Of a DNA stretch of 64,000 bases, positions 49,397 through 58,888 are shown piece by piece; within the stretch, counting starts at the first letter, position 1, and the number at the start of each line of letters is the position of its first letter. The DNA is from an uncultured virus (IMG/VR IMGVR_UViG_3300001533_001549) (Duplodnaviria > Heunggongvirae > Uroviricota > Caudoviricetes). The position numbers and the translations under genes are program-made. A model generated the notes under the pieces. It saw only the letters and a program-made list of their open reading frames with translations. It was not told the origin of the DNA and made no database searches. The DNA is taken from IMG/VR virus record IMGVR_UViG_3300001533_001549, one strand, 5' to 3'.

Positions 49397-50974
49397 ATGG
49401 GATTCAGTAACTACATCACCAGCTACAAGCTGCACCTGCAGAAGCACGTGCGCGAGGTCTTCACATTCCGGGACACCACCGGTCTGACCGAGGCCGAGAT
49501 CAAGGCCTACGTCAGGAAGCTGACATCGGAGAGCGCCCTGCCCATACCATCGGAGACGTTCGAGTGGCTCGGCGGGTATTTCCGCTATGTCCGGGAACGT
49601 GACATGCTCCTGGTCTACGACAACACCACCGGGCTCTGGGCCTACGAGGACGGCGACCAGACCCTGCAGGGCGTGCTGACTGATTACTTCACGCTCGTCA
49701 ACGAGCACGCCACCACGGCCCGCGACGAGATCATGCGCCGGTACGCGCAGCACTTCTTCGGCGTGGGCAAGATCCCGCTGCTGGCCAGACGGCTGAAGTC
49801 CGCCATCATCTTCGGCATCGCCCGTTCAGCTGACGTCATAGATCTTACCGAGCACTTCCGGTATTTTGCCACCACCGACGGACGTCGCGCTCTCTTGGAC
49901 ATGAGGAAGCCGGAGTTCAATCTGCGTGTGGTGACCTACAAGGACACCCAGCCTCTCTTGCTGATGCACAAAGCCCCCGTTCCGATCGCCACCACCGACG
50001 AAAAGCCGACACTGTTCCTCAGCCTGATCGAGGAGTACATGCTCCATGACGCTGACCTGGTGGATTATTTCCACAAGGTCCTGGCGTACATGATGGCGCC
50101 CTATAACTACAACCAGGTCATGCTGTATTTCTGGGGTGCGAGCGGACGCAACGGCAAGAGCACCATCATCAAGGTCCTGCAGGATATCCTCGGCAGCCAT
50201 GCCGTCAGGATGAACAGCGCCCTGCTGGACAGCCACCCCAACGCCAGCTTCAAGAAGGACGACGCCCTGGCGGCCACCGAGGGCAAGAGCCTGTTGATCT
50301 TCAACGAGGTCGACGAGCGCATGGAGGTCTCGACCCAGAACGTCAAGGACATCACCGAGGGCGGACGGGACGAGTTCGGCAACAAGATCATGACCGTCCT
50401 GAGACCGGCCTACAGCAAGAACTACGAGGTCAACATCTGCGGGACACCACTGGTGGTCGCCAACAGTCTGCTGAACTTCGGCGACTGGTCGGCCCTGGAC
50501 CCCATCTTCAAGCGGATGATCCTGATCCCCTTCGAGTACGTCATCGATGTCGAGGACCCGACCATCCTGAACAAGCTTGCCGCCGAGTATCCCAAGATCC
50601 AGGCATGGCTCTACATGAATTACTTCAAGCACAAGGGCATCAATCTCAAGCAGGAGCCCAGGCCGCAGTCGGTCGAACGGAAGTTCATCCAGTACCGCGC
50701 CGACTCCGACATCATCAGGATGTTCTGGGACGAGTGCCTTGAACCGGCCCCCGGCGCCGAGATGCTCCGCTCCGACCTGTATCGGGCATACGAGCGGTAT
50801 TGCAAGCTCAACGGGCGCAAGCCCATCAGGAACAAAGGCACCAACGGCTTCCAGAATCTGATAGAGCCCCATCTGTCGAAGGTCAAAGTTGTCCACAAGC
50901 AAGGGTCGTACTACGTACAGGGTGTCCGCTACTCTCCTTACTTCGACAAAGAGATCAAGCCGTTCGGTTACTGA
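49397..50974 (+). CDS. SF3 (D5/P4-like) replicative helicase, apparently lacking a primase domain
   Basis: D5_N-like region; Walker A GASGRNGKST; Walker B IFNEVD; KRMILIPF; C-terminal winged helix (SDLYRAYERYC). Confidence 0.85.
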   Translation: MGFSNYITSYKLHLQKHVREVFTFRDTTGLTEAEIKAYVRKLTSESALPIPSETFEWLGGYFRYVRERDMLLVYDNTTGLWAYEDGDQTLQGVLTDYFTLVNEHATTARDEIMRRYAQHFFGVGKIPLLARRLKSAIIFGIARSADVIDLTEHFRYFATTDGRRALLDMRKPEFNLRVVTYKDTQPLLLMHKAPVPIATTDEKPTLFLSLIEEYMLHDADLVDYFHKVLAYMMAPYNYNQVMLYFWGASGRNGKSTIIKVLQDILGSHAVRMNSALLDSHPNASFKKDDALAATEGKSLLIFNEVDERMEVSTQNVKDITEGGRDEFGNKIMTVLRPAYSKNYEVNICGTPLVVANSLLNFGDWSALDPIFKRMILIPFEYVIDVEDPTILNKLAAEYPKIQAWLYMNYFKHKGINLKQEPRPQSVERKFIQYRADSDIIRMFWDECLEPAPGAEMLRSDLYRAYERYCKLNGRKPIRNKGTNGFQNLIEPHLSKVKVVHKQGSYYVQGVRYSPYFDKEIKPFGY

Positions 50975-50976
50975 CC

Positions 50977-51165
50977 ATGAGGGTACAGTTGCTGAACATG
51001 GGCTTTGTCGACCAGGGCGACGGGAGCTTTTACAACAACGAGCTCCGTCTGACAGTGTATCTCAAGAATGGTGTCATTGAGGTCGAGGCCGCCACAGGTC
51101 TGGTGACGACCGATGTCGAGCACCTCGAAGAAGCCATACTCAATGGCGAGTTCGGGAGGTACTGA
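50977..51165 (+). CDS. hypothetical protein
   Basis: MRVQLLNMG start 2 nt after the helicase stop. Confidence 0.6.
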   Translation: MRVQLLNMGFVDQGDGSFYNNELRLTVYLKNGVIEVEAATGLVTTDVEHLEEAILNGEFGRY

Positions 51166-51166
51166 C

Positions 51167-51556
51167 ATGACGACACATGAGTTCCTGAACGGATACGTCA
51201 GCCCGGTTTCCCACAAGATCGCCCACGACTACACCGAGTACGACAGGATAAGGAAGCGTCCTGACGTCCTCGCGGTCAAGGCCACAACGCTCTACCAGAT
51301 CTACAAGCATAACGTCTTCGGCAGCGACGACCGTCTGCCCATGCGGGACTTTTTCCAGGTCGCCGCCCAGTACTTCTACTACGACAAGTACGTCTGCCAC
51401 CACGGCACGGAGTTCTTCTACCACGTGGTGTTCAACGAGGACGACCCTATGTACAGGCTCACCAAGGACGTTGTCGACAGACGCGTCAGGCTGAACAGGC
51501 CTGAGGCGCTCAAGGACCTCATACGCAAGGTTGAAGCCATGACGAAGGAGGACTGA
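51167..51556 (+). CDS. hypothetical, possible winged-helix DNA-binding protein
   Basis: GGAGG RBS; VKATTLYQIYK...RDFF resembles the D5 C-terminal winged helix. Confidence 0.6.
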   Translation: MTTHEFLNGYVSPVSHKIAHDYTEYDRIRKRPDVLAVKATTLYQIYKHNVFGSDDRLPMRDFFQVAAQYFYYDKYVCHHGTEFFYHVVFNEDDPMYRLTKDVVDRRVRLNRPEALKDLIRKVEAMTKED

Positions 51557-51558
51557 CC

Positions 51559-51822
51559 ATGGAACGCGCACATCTGATCCACAAAGAGATCGTCCATATG
51601 GGGTATGTCATGCGGCACGCTGACCTGTTGATGAGGTCGAGAGGACGGCGTCATACTTTCTACACCGAGTACGTCATCGAAAAGAACGACATCGAGTACC
51701 GGTTGCATGTCAAAGCTTTCGGTAAGCCCCGCTATTATCTCTACAAAGGTTCCGACTTGGCGGATGTTGTGCCGAGACAACGCGACATCATCGCGCTTAT
51801 AAGAAAATATGAGGAGGAATAA
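51559..51822 (+). CDS. hypothetical protein
   Basis: RBS AGGAGG. Confidence 0.6.
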   Translation: MERAHLIHKEIVHMGYVMRHADLLMRSRGRRHTFYTEYVIEKNDIEYRLHVKAFGKPRYYLYKGSDLADVVPRQRDIIALIRKYEEE

Positions 51823-51824
51823 CC

Positions 51825-52280
51825 ATGGCATTTGATGACATCATGAAAAAGATTGACGAAGAGATCGCGGCTTCGAAAACCGAACCCGTGACCGTGGCGG
51901 CCAAGGCCGCACCTGAAGGTGAGCCGGGCGGAACCGTGCAGGGCACACCTGTCGCCAAGCCTGGCACGGAGCGTGTGACGTTCGATGCCCAGACGTTCCA
52001 GATGATGGAGTGCATCACCAGCGCGACGGGCATGAAGAAGCAACGGTATTGTGTGGTGGAGAAAAACGTCAGGCCGAAGTACGGCAACCAGTTCGTGAAC
52101 AGCAACGGTTTCCGTACACACGTGATCACACGCGAGGCTTATATACTGCTGACCGGTGTGCTTGCCAGCGCCCGCGCCCAGATCAAGAAACTTTCGGATG
52201 CCCTTGAGCGTGTCGAAGAACAGCGTGACCTGTTCAAGATGACGATCGACGCCCTTCGCAAGAACGGAGTGATCGACTGA
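51825..52280 (+). CDS. hypothetical coiled-coil protein
   Basis: RBS GAGGAGG. Confidence 0.7.
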   Translation: MAFDDIMKKIDEEIAASKTEPVTVAAKAAPEGEPGGTVQGTPVAKPGTERVTFDAQTFQMMECITSATGMKKQRYCVVEKNVRPKYGNQFVNSNGFRTHVITREAYILLTGVLASARAQIKKLSDALERVEEQRDLFKMTIDALRKNGVID

Positions 52281-52816
52281 TGAAACCACTGACCAAGTAT
52301 GAGCAGGGTTTGATTCGAGGGTTCGCCACTACCGTTTCTTATGCGATTATGGTGCTTGATGGCGAAATAGACGCGATTGCGATGGCCATCGAAGACGGCT
52401 TGGGTGCTTTTGCCAAATGGTCGGAGCTTGTCAAATACTGTCNNNNNNNNNNNNNNNNNNNNNNNNNNNNNNNNNNNNNNNNNNNNNNNNNNNNNNNNGA
52501 ACAACTGATGGACCCCTACGACGACATAGCCTTCTGGACAACAGGGCTTTCCAACAAATGGCTGAAAGAACTTCGTGCGATGAAGAACGGAAAGCATGTG
52601 CCTGGACTCAGATTCTTTATCACGGATCTCAATGACATAACAGGTCGCTTTAAGGGGGGATTCAGGCACGTGTCAGGCAACAACGCGATTTATGTCAGGC
52701 CTTCCGGAGAGATCGTATACGGAACATACATGAGCACTAATGTATACAAAATGAGATTCGATTTGATTGAAGACCTTTTCTATGAAGGTCTCGTCGAAAT
52801 AAGGAGGATATCATGA
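52280..52816 (+). CDS. hypothetical (spans an N-gap; may be two genes)
   Basis: TGATG coupling; N run at 52443-52498. Confidence 0.45.
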   Translation: MKPLTKYEQGLIRGFATTVSYAIMVLDGEIDAIAMAIEDGLGAFAKWSELVKYCXXXXXXXXXXXXXXXXXXXEQLMDPYDDIAFWTTGLSNKWLKELRAMKNGKHVPGLRFFITDLNDITGRFKGGFRHVSGNNAIYVRPSGEIVYGTYMSTNVYKMRFDLIEDLFYEGLVEIRRIS

Positions 52817-53268
52817 AGAAACTTTTGATGCTGCTGTTGTTGTTCTTTCTGGTCGCCTGCAAGCCCACAGACGACAGTCTGCTGCGTGACACCCTTTCCG
52901 GTATGGGAGGCTACTCTTATCTGGATACTGAGTTCGAGTCGGAGTATTCCGGTGATTCGTTCAACGGAGAAGGGTTCTTCGTGTTGGTTTACGAGGACTC
53001 GATCAACGCCGCGTACTTCGCAGAGAACAGGGTCGCGCTGATCGAACTGACCTACTATATAAAGCTCTTCAAGGACGACATCAAGATCACCGTGGCCAGT
53101 CTGACCTACACGGATTACGAGTTGGAAGTCTATGTCGATGTGGAGTTCTATGAGGAACCTTTCGACGGAGGACATACCATGGATGACTATGTCGAGCTTC
53201 TTGAGAGTCTGGATGTCGAAGACATCAGGGAGATTCTTGCCGACTCGCATTTCCTTGATAAGAAATGA
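52813..53268 (+). CDS. lipoprotein
   Basis: MKK + hydrophobic core + LVAC lipobox; very acidic body. Confidence 0.75.
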   Translation: MKKLLMLLLLFFLVACKPTDDSLLRDTLSGMGGYSYLDTEFESEYSGDSFNGEGFFVLVYEDSINAAYFAENRVALIELTYYIKLFKDDIKITVASLTYTDYELEVYVDVEFYEEPFDGGHTMDDYVELLESLDVEDIREILADSHFLDKK

Positions 53269-53624
53269 CGAAGGAGAAACAACTCGAACGCAAGTTCTGC
53301 AAGTGGTGTCGTTTGAAAGGCATCGAGCCTGTCAAGGGGCCTGCCGAATACGCGAAGGGCTTTCCTGACAGGTTCCTTCAGCTTCCGAACGGAGGTGGCA
53401 CGATCTACGTCGAGTTCAAGGGTACAAGTTACTACGGGCTCACGCCGCTCCAAGAGTGGTGGAAGAAGTATTTGCTGGACTCGGACCCGAACAGATATTA
53501 CTTTGTCGAGGATGACGCGGGGCTTGCGGCTCTCCAGAAGCGCTGTAAAGACCTGATTGCCATAGGCCCTGCTCTTGTGATCTATGAGAAACAGTTGCTG
53601 GACCAGTTGGAAGCCAGTAAATGA
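53265..53624 (+). CDS. VRR-NUC nuclease (Holliday junction resolvase-like)
   Basis: EKQLE; GFPDR; YVEFK; LTPLQ. Confidence 0.9.
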   Translation: MTKEKQLERKFCKWCRLKGIEPVKGPAEYAKGFPDRFLQLPNGGGTIYVEFKGTSYYGLTPLQEWWKKYLLDSDPNRYYFVEDDAGLAALQKRCKDLIAIGPALVIYEKQLLDQLEASK

Positions 53625-53627
53625 ATA

Positions 53628-53636
53628 TGATATAAT
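53628..53636 (+). promoter_or_regulatory. extended -10 promoter
   Basis: TGATATAAT followed by AAGGAGG. Confidence 0.55.
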
Positions 53637-53659
53637 AAAGCAAAAGGAGGTTGACAATT

Positions 53660-53920
53660 ATGTTCGAAAGCCTTATCCCGATGTTGGAAGAACTTGGTGT
53701 TTCCTTTGAGGAGGATTACGATACAGGGACGCTTACGATTGATGTGGCGTCAATTGACAAGATCGCATTGATCAGCGTGATCGCTGAACTGAACAACGCC
53801 GGCATGCCTTTCACGATAGACGACCAGTCCATTGTTGTCGAAGGTGGCATGGTGGAAGAACCTGCCATGGACGATTCCGAACAAATGGACATCGCCCTTG
53901 ACGAAATGATGAATGCTTGA
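53660..53920 (+). CDS. acidic hypothetical protein
   Basis: RBS AGGAGG; ATG at 53660. Confidence 0.65.
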   Translation: MFESLIPMLEELGVSFEEDYDTGTLTIDVASIDKIALISVIAELNNAGMPFTIDDQSIVVEGGMVEEPAMDDSEQMDIALDEMMNA

Positions 53921-54521
53921 GCATACGCCCAAGTACGTAGCGGAATGTCTGCGCGTAGGGATACTCACGGAAGAGAAGATTCGTGAGTATCCTTTGCGCC
54001 CGGCCAATCTCGCCATGCTCTTGAAACTCTACGCGATCGAGACACAGAAACCTTACGGTATCGATGTGCTCCGGTTCTCCGAGTTGGACCGGTATGTCCT
54101 TTACATGACTGACGACGGGCTCGAATGGATGATCCGTTCGCTCAAGAATCATAGTATCGAGTTCCTGCAGCGTACGCTTCAGTTCATGTTTCTGGGCATC
54201 GACAGTGTGGACGAACTTCCGCTCACGAATTTCAAAGGCGAGAAGGGCATTAAGCCCAAAGCCGGTACCAGACAGGCTGCTGTGCTGGTGCGCCACCACA
54301 AACGTGCCCGACGGGAGTTCCATTTCGAGACGCTCAGGGAAGCCCGTGCGGAGCTTTTGAAGCTTACACGGTTCTATCCCATTGACGAGTTCAAGCTTTA
54401 CCGTGTGCGCAAAGACACCAGGGGCGGCAAGACAACTTACTACCGCGAAGAGGTCCGGACTGTTCTGCCTCCATCGAAACGAGGCATAGCCCAGGGCTTT
54501 CAGAACAGGAGGTCATCATGA
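53913..54521 (+). CDS. hypothetical protein
   Basis: Coupled ORF of 202 aa. Confidence 0.65.
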   Translation: MLEHTPKYVAECLRVGILTEEKIREYPLRPANLAMLLKLYAIETQKPYGIDVLRFSELDRYVLYMTDDGLEWMIRSLKNHSIEFLQRTLQFMFLGIDSVDELPLTNFKGEKGIKPKAGTRQAAVLVRHHKRARREFHFETLREARAELLKLTRFYPIDEFKLYRVRKDTRGGKTTYYREEVRTVLPPSKRGIAQGFQNRRSS

Positions 54522-54949
54522 TCCCTTTGGATATTTTCCTTCAGAACGAACCACGTATGATTCATTTGGCCACCATTTGGAACAGGGCTGAAGCCAACGC
54601 CATGGCGTATGAACGCCTTTTTGTGTCGAACCCGCACGAGCTTGCGGACATCATCAAGCAAGGTACGACCTATGACGATTGGCAGATGTTCATCTCTGAC
54701 AGCCGTGTGCAGGATTATGTTGACCGTATCATCTACACCCAGGCCGGTATCATGATCAACAAGTTCATGAAGGACGGCGTGCATCTGTCCCAAGCTGATG
54801 CGACCAAGCTGAACTCCGCGATCAAATACCGCGACGACCACAAGCCGAACTACGCCATACCTGTGCAATACCTCTACATCCAGACGCCGTTGACACGTGA
54901 CGAACGGGAGTTCCTTCCGGATATCCCCGAGAACAAAAACTGGAGATGA
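54518..54949 (+). CDS. hypothetical, candidate terminase small subunit
   Basis: Position immediately upstream of TerL and helical character only. Confidence 0.4.
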   Translation: MIPLDIFLQNEPRMIHLATIWNRAEANAMAYERLFVSNPHELADIIKQGTTYDDWQMFISDSRVQDYVDRIIYTQAGIMINKFMKDGVHLSQADATKLNSAIKYRDDHKPNYAIPVQYLYIQTPLTRDEREFLPDIPENKNWR

Positions 54950-54955
54950 GTCATT

Positions 54956-56824
54956 TTGAAGCCGAGAAGCATTCTGGACAACGATGATGACGATGATGTG
55001 ACATCAATCGTCGAAGAGTCATTGCTTTTGCCGGGCGTTCCCAAGGAGACGCTTGTTTCCGCGCCGCCCGCCAAGCTTGACACTTCGACGATTTCTGTTT
55101 GCCCCAGGTGCGGTAAGCCTCTTGTCGCACCAACCGCGGTCGGAGGTGCTCCGAGTGTGTCGTGGTTGGAGTGTCCCGCATGCGGCGCTCTCGTGAACAC
55201 GTACAAGCCCACGATATACCAGGCGGTTTTTCTGAAACGCACAGAGCGTTACAAGATGGCAGCAGGTGGTTACGGTTCCGGTAAATCCCGCGTCAATATC
55301 GAAGACGTGATAAAACATCTTCTCCTTATTCCGAATGCACGTGTCATCGTGGCCGCGAGATCGTATCCGGCGCTTGACGCGACGTTCGTCAAAGAGTTTT
55401 ACTCGATGCTTCCGGACAAGCTGGTCCGCAGGAAGAACGACCAGAAGCACGAGCTGACATTGACCAACGGGAGCGAGCTCCTCTTCAGGTCTTTCGATGA
55501 CCCGACCAAACTCAAATCGATCAATGCCACAATGATCGTGATCATCGAAGCTTCCGATGTCCCTCATGAGGGTTTCAGGATGATGCAGTCGCGTCTCCGT
55601 AACACGGCGGCGATGCTGCCCGAGTTCGACAAGAACGGACAACCGGTCTATGTCTGGAACGACAAAAGCAAATCCTTCCGTCCCAAGTACCGTGTGGACG
55701 TGAGGCATATCAACCTTGAGACCAATCCGGATTCCGGGTGGGTCAAAAAGGATTTTCTGTTGGATTCGAAGACGGTCGAGTTCTATGGTGACGCCTTTGA
55801 TGAAGGCTACGTGTACAACAAGACCCCTGATCCCAACAAGTATACCCAGGTCGTGTCCACGGAAGCGAACACGCACCTTCCGGAAGGCTATGTCGAAGAA
55901 CAGACCCGTGACAAAAGTCCGGCGTATATCGCGCAGTTCTTCAAGAGCAGCTTCAATTTCTCCACAAACCTGGTGCTTCCCAACGCGGGCATGTGTGTTG
56001 TTCCTCCGCATAAGCTTCCGAGAACCTATAACGACATAGGTCAACGGGTGTTGTGGTTCGCCATAGGAGTCGACTATGGTGTGAACGATCCGACCCATGT
56101 CGTCTTCACGGCGTTCTCGACAGAGACACGCAAACTGTATGTCTTTGCCGAGTACCGTACGAACAACACTGACGTCAAAGACATATGCAAAGCGTACCGT
56201 CACGAGCTGCGTGTCAACGGAACGGATCTTGACGGGCTGTTCATGTTGCCAAGGTTCGATGGTCGCAGTTACAACAAACGCGAAAGTGACCTTGCCACAA
56301 TCGGTTCGACCTTCGAGGACGAAGGACTGTTCTTCGATCCGGCGTTCGAAGGCATGGAGACACGTATCATCAAGTTGAACTCCCTGTTCAACCATGAACA
56401 GATCGAGATCTTCTCCACATGTGAGTTTCTGGTGGACGAACTCTTGAACTGGAAGTTCAAACTTGACAAGCAGGGCAATGCCACAAACAAACCTGTGGAC
56501 AAGAACGACCACGGCATCCAGGCACTGGCGTTTGTGGTTGTGGCCTTGCCTCACAATCTGATGGAATTCCGATTAAGCGCGTTCCTTCCACCGGGCACAC
56601 GTGTCGATCATGACAAACGGTTTGTTAAAAAGGCGCCTGCGCCCATGTACAATCCATTATCCAAGGAGGATAGTAGAAATGACAGAGCTTTTGATGATTT
56701 TGATAGTCGTATTGTTGCTCCTGTTGGTCATCATGATATCCGGGCTTACAGTGTTTATGATGAAGAACCTTCAGATGAAGAGTCTCATGCAACCCTCAAA
56801 GCCTATATCCCAGGAGGTCATTGA
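54956..56824 (+). CDS. terL: terminase large subunit with N-terminal Zn ribbon
   Basis: Walker A GGYGSGKS; NGSELLFRS; ETNP; nuclease GVDYG; DKNDH. Confidence 0.9.
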   Translation: MKPRSILDNDDDDDVTSIVEESLLLPGVPKETLVSAPPAKLDTSTISVCPRCGKPLVAPTAVGGAPSVSWLECPACGALVNTYKPTIYQAVFLKRTERYKMAAGGYGSGKSRVNIEDVIKHLLLIPNARVIVAARSYPALDATFVKEFYSMLPDKLVRRKNDQKHELTLTNGSELLFRSFDDPTKLKSINATMIVIIEASDVPHEGFRMMQSRLRNTAAMLPEFDKNGQPVYVWNDKSKSFRPKYRVDVRHINLETNPDSGWVKKDFLLDSKTVEFYGDAFDEGYVYNKTPDPNKYTQVVSTEANTHLPEGYVEEQTRDKSPAYIAQFFKSSFNFSTNLVLPNAGMCVVPPHKLPRTYNDIGQRVLWFAIGVDYGVNDPTHVVFTAFSTETRKLYVFAEYRTNNTDVKDICKAYRHELRVNGTDLDGLFMLPRFDGRSYNKRESDLATIGSTFEDEGLFFDPAFEGMETRIIKLNSLFNHEQIEIFSTCEFLVDELLNWKFKLDKQGNATNKPVDKNDHGIQALAFVVVALPHNLMEFRLSAFLPPGTRVDHDKRFVKKAPAPMYNPLSKEDSRNDRAFDDFDSRIVAPVGHHDIRAYSVYDEEPSDEESHATLKAYIPGGH

Positions 56825-57065
56825 CGAAAATGACAGGCCTCCGTTAGCTCCCAGCAGCAATCTCATGGGCGACGACCCTGATGCTGAGGACACGGAGTTG
56901 GCGAACCAGGTCGATGAAAACGCGATGAGACGCAAGCAGGAAGAGCGACGACAGCTTGAAGAGGCCATGCGTGCCAGCATGGACAAGTATAACGAAGCGC
57001 TCAACGCCACGCTCGACGAGATCAGACTGGGCAAGCCCGCACACAGACGTACAGATGACAGGTGA
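56679..57065 (+). CDS. membrane-anchored protein overlapping the TerL 3' end
   Basis: AGGAGG RBS; MTELLMILIVVLLLLLVIMISGLTVFMM. Confidence 0.65.
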   Translation: MTELLMILIVVLLLLLVIMISGLTVFMMKNLQMKSLMQPSKPISQEVIDENDRPPLAPSSNLMGDDPDAEDTELANQVDENAMRRKQEERRQLEEAMRASMDKYNEALNATLDEIRLGKPAHRRTDDR

Positions 57066-58807
57066 TGACAATGGCGCAGAACACACACAAAGCCCCGGAT
57101 CTGATGCAGAAGTTCCGGGAGTATCAAAGCTACAAGCAGAACATTCTTTCCGAATGGCGTCTGTTGCGGTCACTCTATAGGGGTGAATTCTGGCTTGTTT
57201 TCAAAAAGTATCTGAAGGAGTACACAGTCACACCTGACTGGAACTACTTCGAATATGTTGTCCAAGGTTTTTTGAACTCCATTTACAGCGGCGCGTTCAT
57301 CGGCACTGTCACACCACGCCGCACCGAAGACGAGAAAGCTGTGCAAGCCCTGAACAGTTTCATCGCGTACAACTGGAACAAATGGGGCATGAAAAACAAG
57401 TTCCTTCACATCGGTGAGAAAGGCGAGCTTTATAACATCGGCGCGCTTCGTGTCGACTGGGACGCTGAGAAAGGGCACACAAAACTTCAGACTTTGGCGC
57501 CGCATGAGATCTATCTCGATCCAAGTGTTTCCGACTACCGCGAAGGCGAAGCGATCTTCATCGAACGTGCGGTGCACATCGATACCCTGAAGAAGAATCC
57601 TGATTTCAAAAAAGCTGTCGAAGAGTTCATCAAGAAAAATTCGGGACGCGTTGTCGACAAGACTGTGACGAACCGCATCGCCGGATTCGAGAACAGCCAG
57701 GGTTCGCAGAACAAACTTGTGTCTCTGATCGAATGCTTCATACGCAATGACAAAGGCGGTATCGACCAGGTGTTCATTCTGGACGAGACCGAACTCATTT
57801 TCGAAAAGGTGGGCATCCCTTTGTCAACGTTCCCTGTGGTCATCTATTCCCCGCAGCTTCCTGACGGAGGGCCCTATGGAAACTCCAAGCTGACAAAGAT
57901 CCTGAACACCGTCATCGCATTGAACCTTCTGGACAGCATGGAAGCCACACAGCCTTACCGTCTTCTGAACCGTGTGCGCTTTGTCAATGTCGACGGACGT
58001 ATCAACATGAGATCGTTCGCTGATCACGGCAACACACCAGGGGCTTCATTTGAAGTCAAAGGTGACCCGCGTACACTGGTGCATTATCAGGACATTCCTG
58101 TGGTTCCTGACATGGGTAATCTGAAACGCCGTCTGGAAGATTCAATATTCCAGGTCACAGGTGTCGATCCCCAGTACAAGGGCCGTATGACGAACTCGCT
58201 CCAGACGACAGGTGCGACCCAGGCTTTCCAGGCGCGCGTCTCAATGCTCACGGACAATTCGCGTATCACGCAACTTGAGGAGTTCTGCGAGAACGTCACC
58301 CGTCTTCAGCTCGAGTTTTACTTCGAATATGCCGGAGACAGGGTTTACGATATTCCGAAACTTTCCGCCACGGGTACCAAGAAAGTCGTCGATCGCACTG
58401 AGTTGGACTTCAGTCGCATAGGTCTTGGCAAGAATGACTTTGACTATATGATAACAGCCTCGACACTTCTTCCGATGAACCAGGCCAACCTCTTCGAAAG
58501 CGCGAAAGCCCTTTACGAGATGCAGGGACAGTACGGTTTCAAGAAGGCTGTCATCACCGAACAGGACCTTGTCCGCTGGTCAGACTTCCCTCAAAAGGAC
58601 CTTATCCTTCAAAGGCTCGAAAAAGAGGACCAGGAAAGCGTTGCCGAAAACCTTGTGGCGGATCTTACGAACTTTGCGTCCATCTTCTCAAGGATGCTTG
58701 CGCAAGGAATGTCGGAAGAGGAAGCAGCTCAGCAAGCGATCTCAATTCTCATCGAAGAAAAGAACGCGATGCAGCAGAATCCTTCCATTGGTCAAGGCTT
58801 CAATTGA
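57062..58807 (+). CDS. portal protein (podovirus/P22-like)
   Basis: 581 aa after TerL; IYLDP; VTGV...G....TGA pattern of P22/N4-like portals. Confidence 0.8.
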   Translation: MMTMAQNTHKAPDLMQKFREYQSYKQNILSEWRLLRSLYRGEFWLVFKKYLKEYTVTPDWNYFEYVVQGFLNSIYSGAFIGTVTPRRTEDEKAVQALNSFIAYNWNKWGMKNKFLHIGEKGELYNIGALRVDWDAEKGHTKLQTLAPHEIYLDPSVSDYREGEAIFIERAVHIDTLKKNPDFKKAVEEFIKKNSGRVVDKTVTNRIAGFENSQGSQNKLVSLIECFIRNDKGGIDQVFILDETELIFEKVGIPLSTFPVVIYSPQLPDGGPYGNSKLTKILNTVIALNLLDSMEATQPYRLLNRVRFVNVDGRINMRSFADHGNTPGASFEVKGDPRTLVHYQDIPVVPDMGNLKRRLEDSIFQVTGVDPQYKGRMTNSLQTTGATQAFQARVSMLTDNSRITQLEEFCENVTRLQLEFYFEYAGDRVYDIPKLSATGTKKVVDRTELDFSRIGLGKNDFDYMITASTLLPMNQANLFESAKALYEMQGQYGFKKAVITEQDLVRWSDFPQKDLILQRLEKEDQESVAENLVADLTNFASIFSRMLAQGMSEEEAAQQAISILIEEKNAMQQNPSIGQGFN

Positions 58808-58816
58808 CGCACAAGG

Positions 58817-58846
58817 AACACAGACTGTTTACAGTCTGTGTTTTTT
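58817..58846 (+). terminator. intrinsic terminator
   Basis: AACACAGACTGT-tt-ACAGTCTGTGTT followed by a T run. Confidence 0.8.
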
Positions 58847-58856
58847 ATGTTATAAT
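58828..58856 (+). promoter_or_regulatory. sigma70 promoter overlapping the terminator
   Basis: TTTACA, 17-nt spacer, TATAAT with TG extension. Confidence 0.65.
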
Positions 58857-58888
58857 ACAGATGTAAGATACCATAGTGAGGTGAAGAT

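Noticed and set aside
49826..56554. Long antisense ORFs (358 aa, 511 aa and others)
   Set aside because: They are shadows of high-GC3 sense genes (helicase, terminase), with no RBS or motifs.
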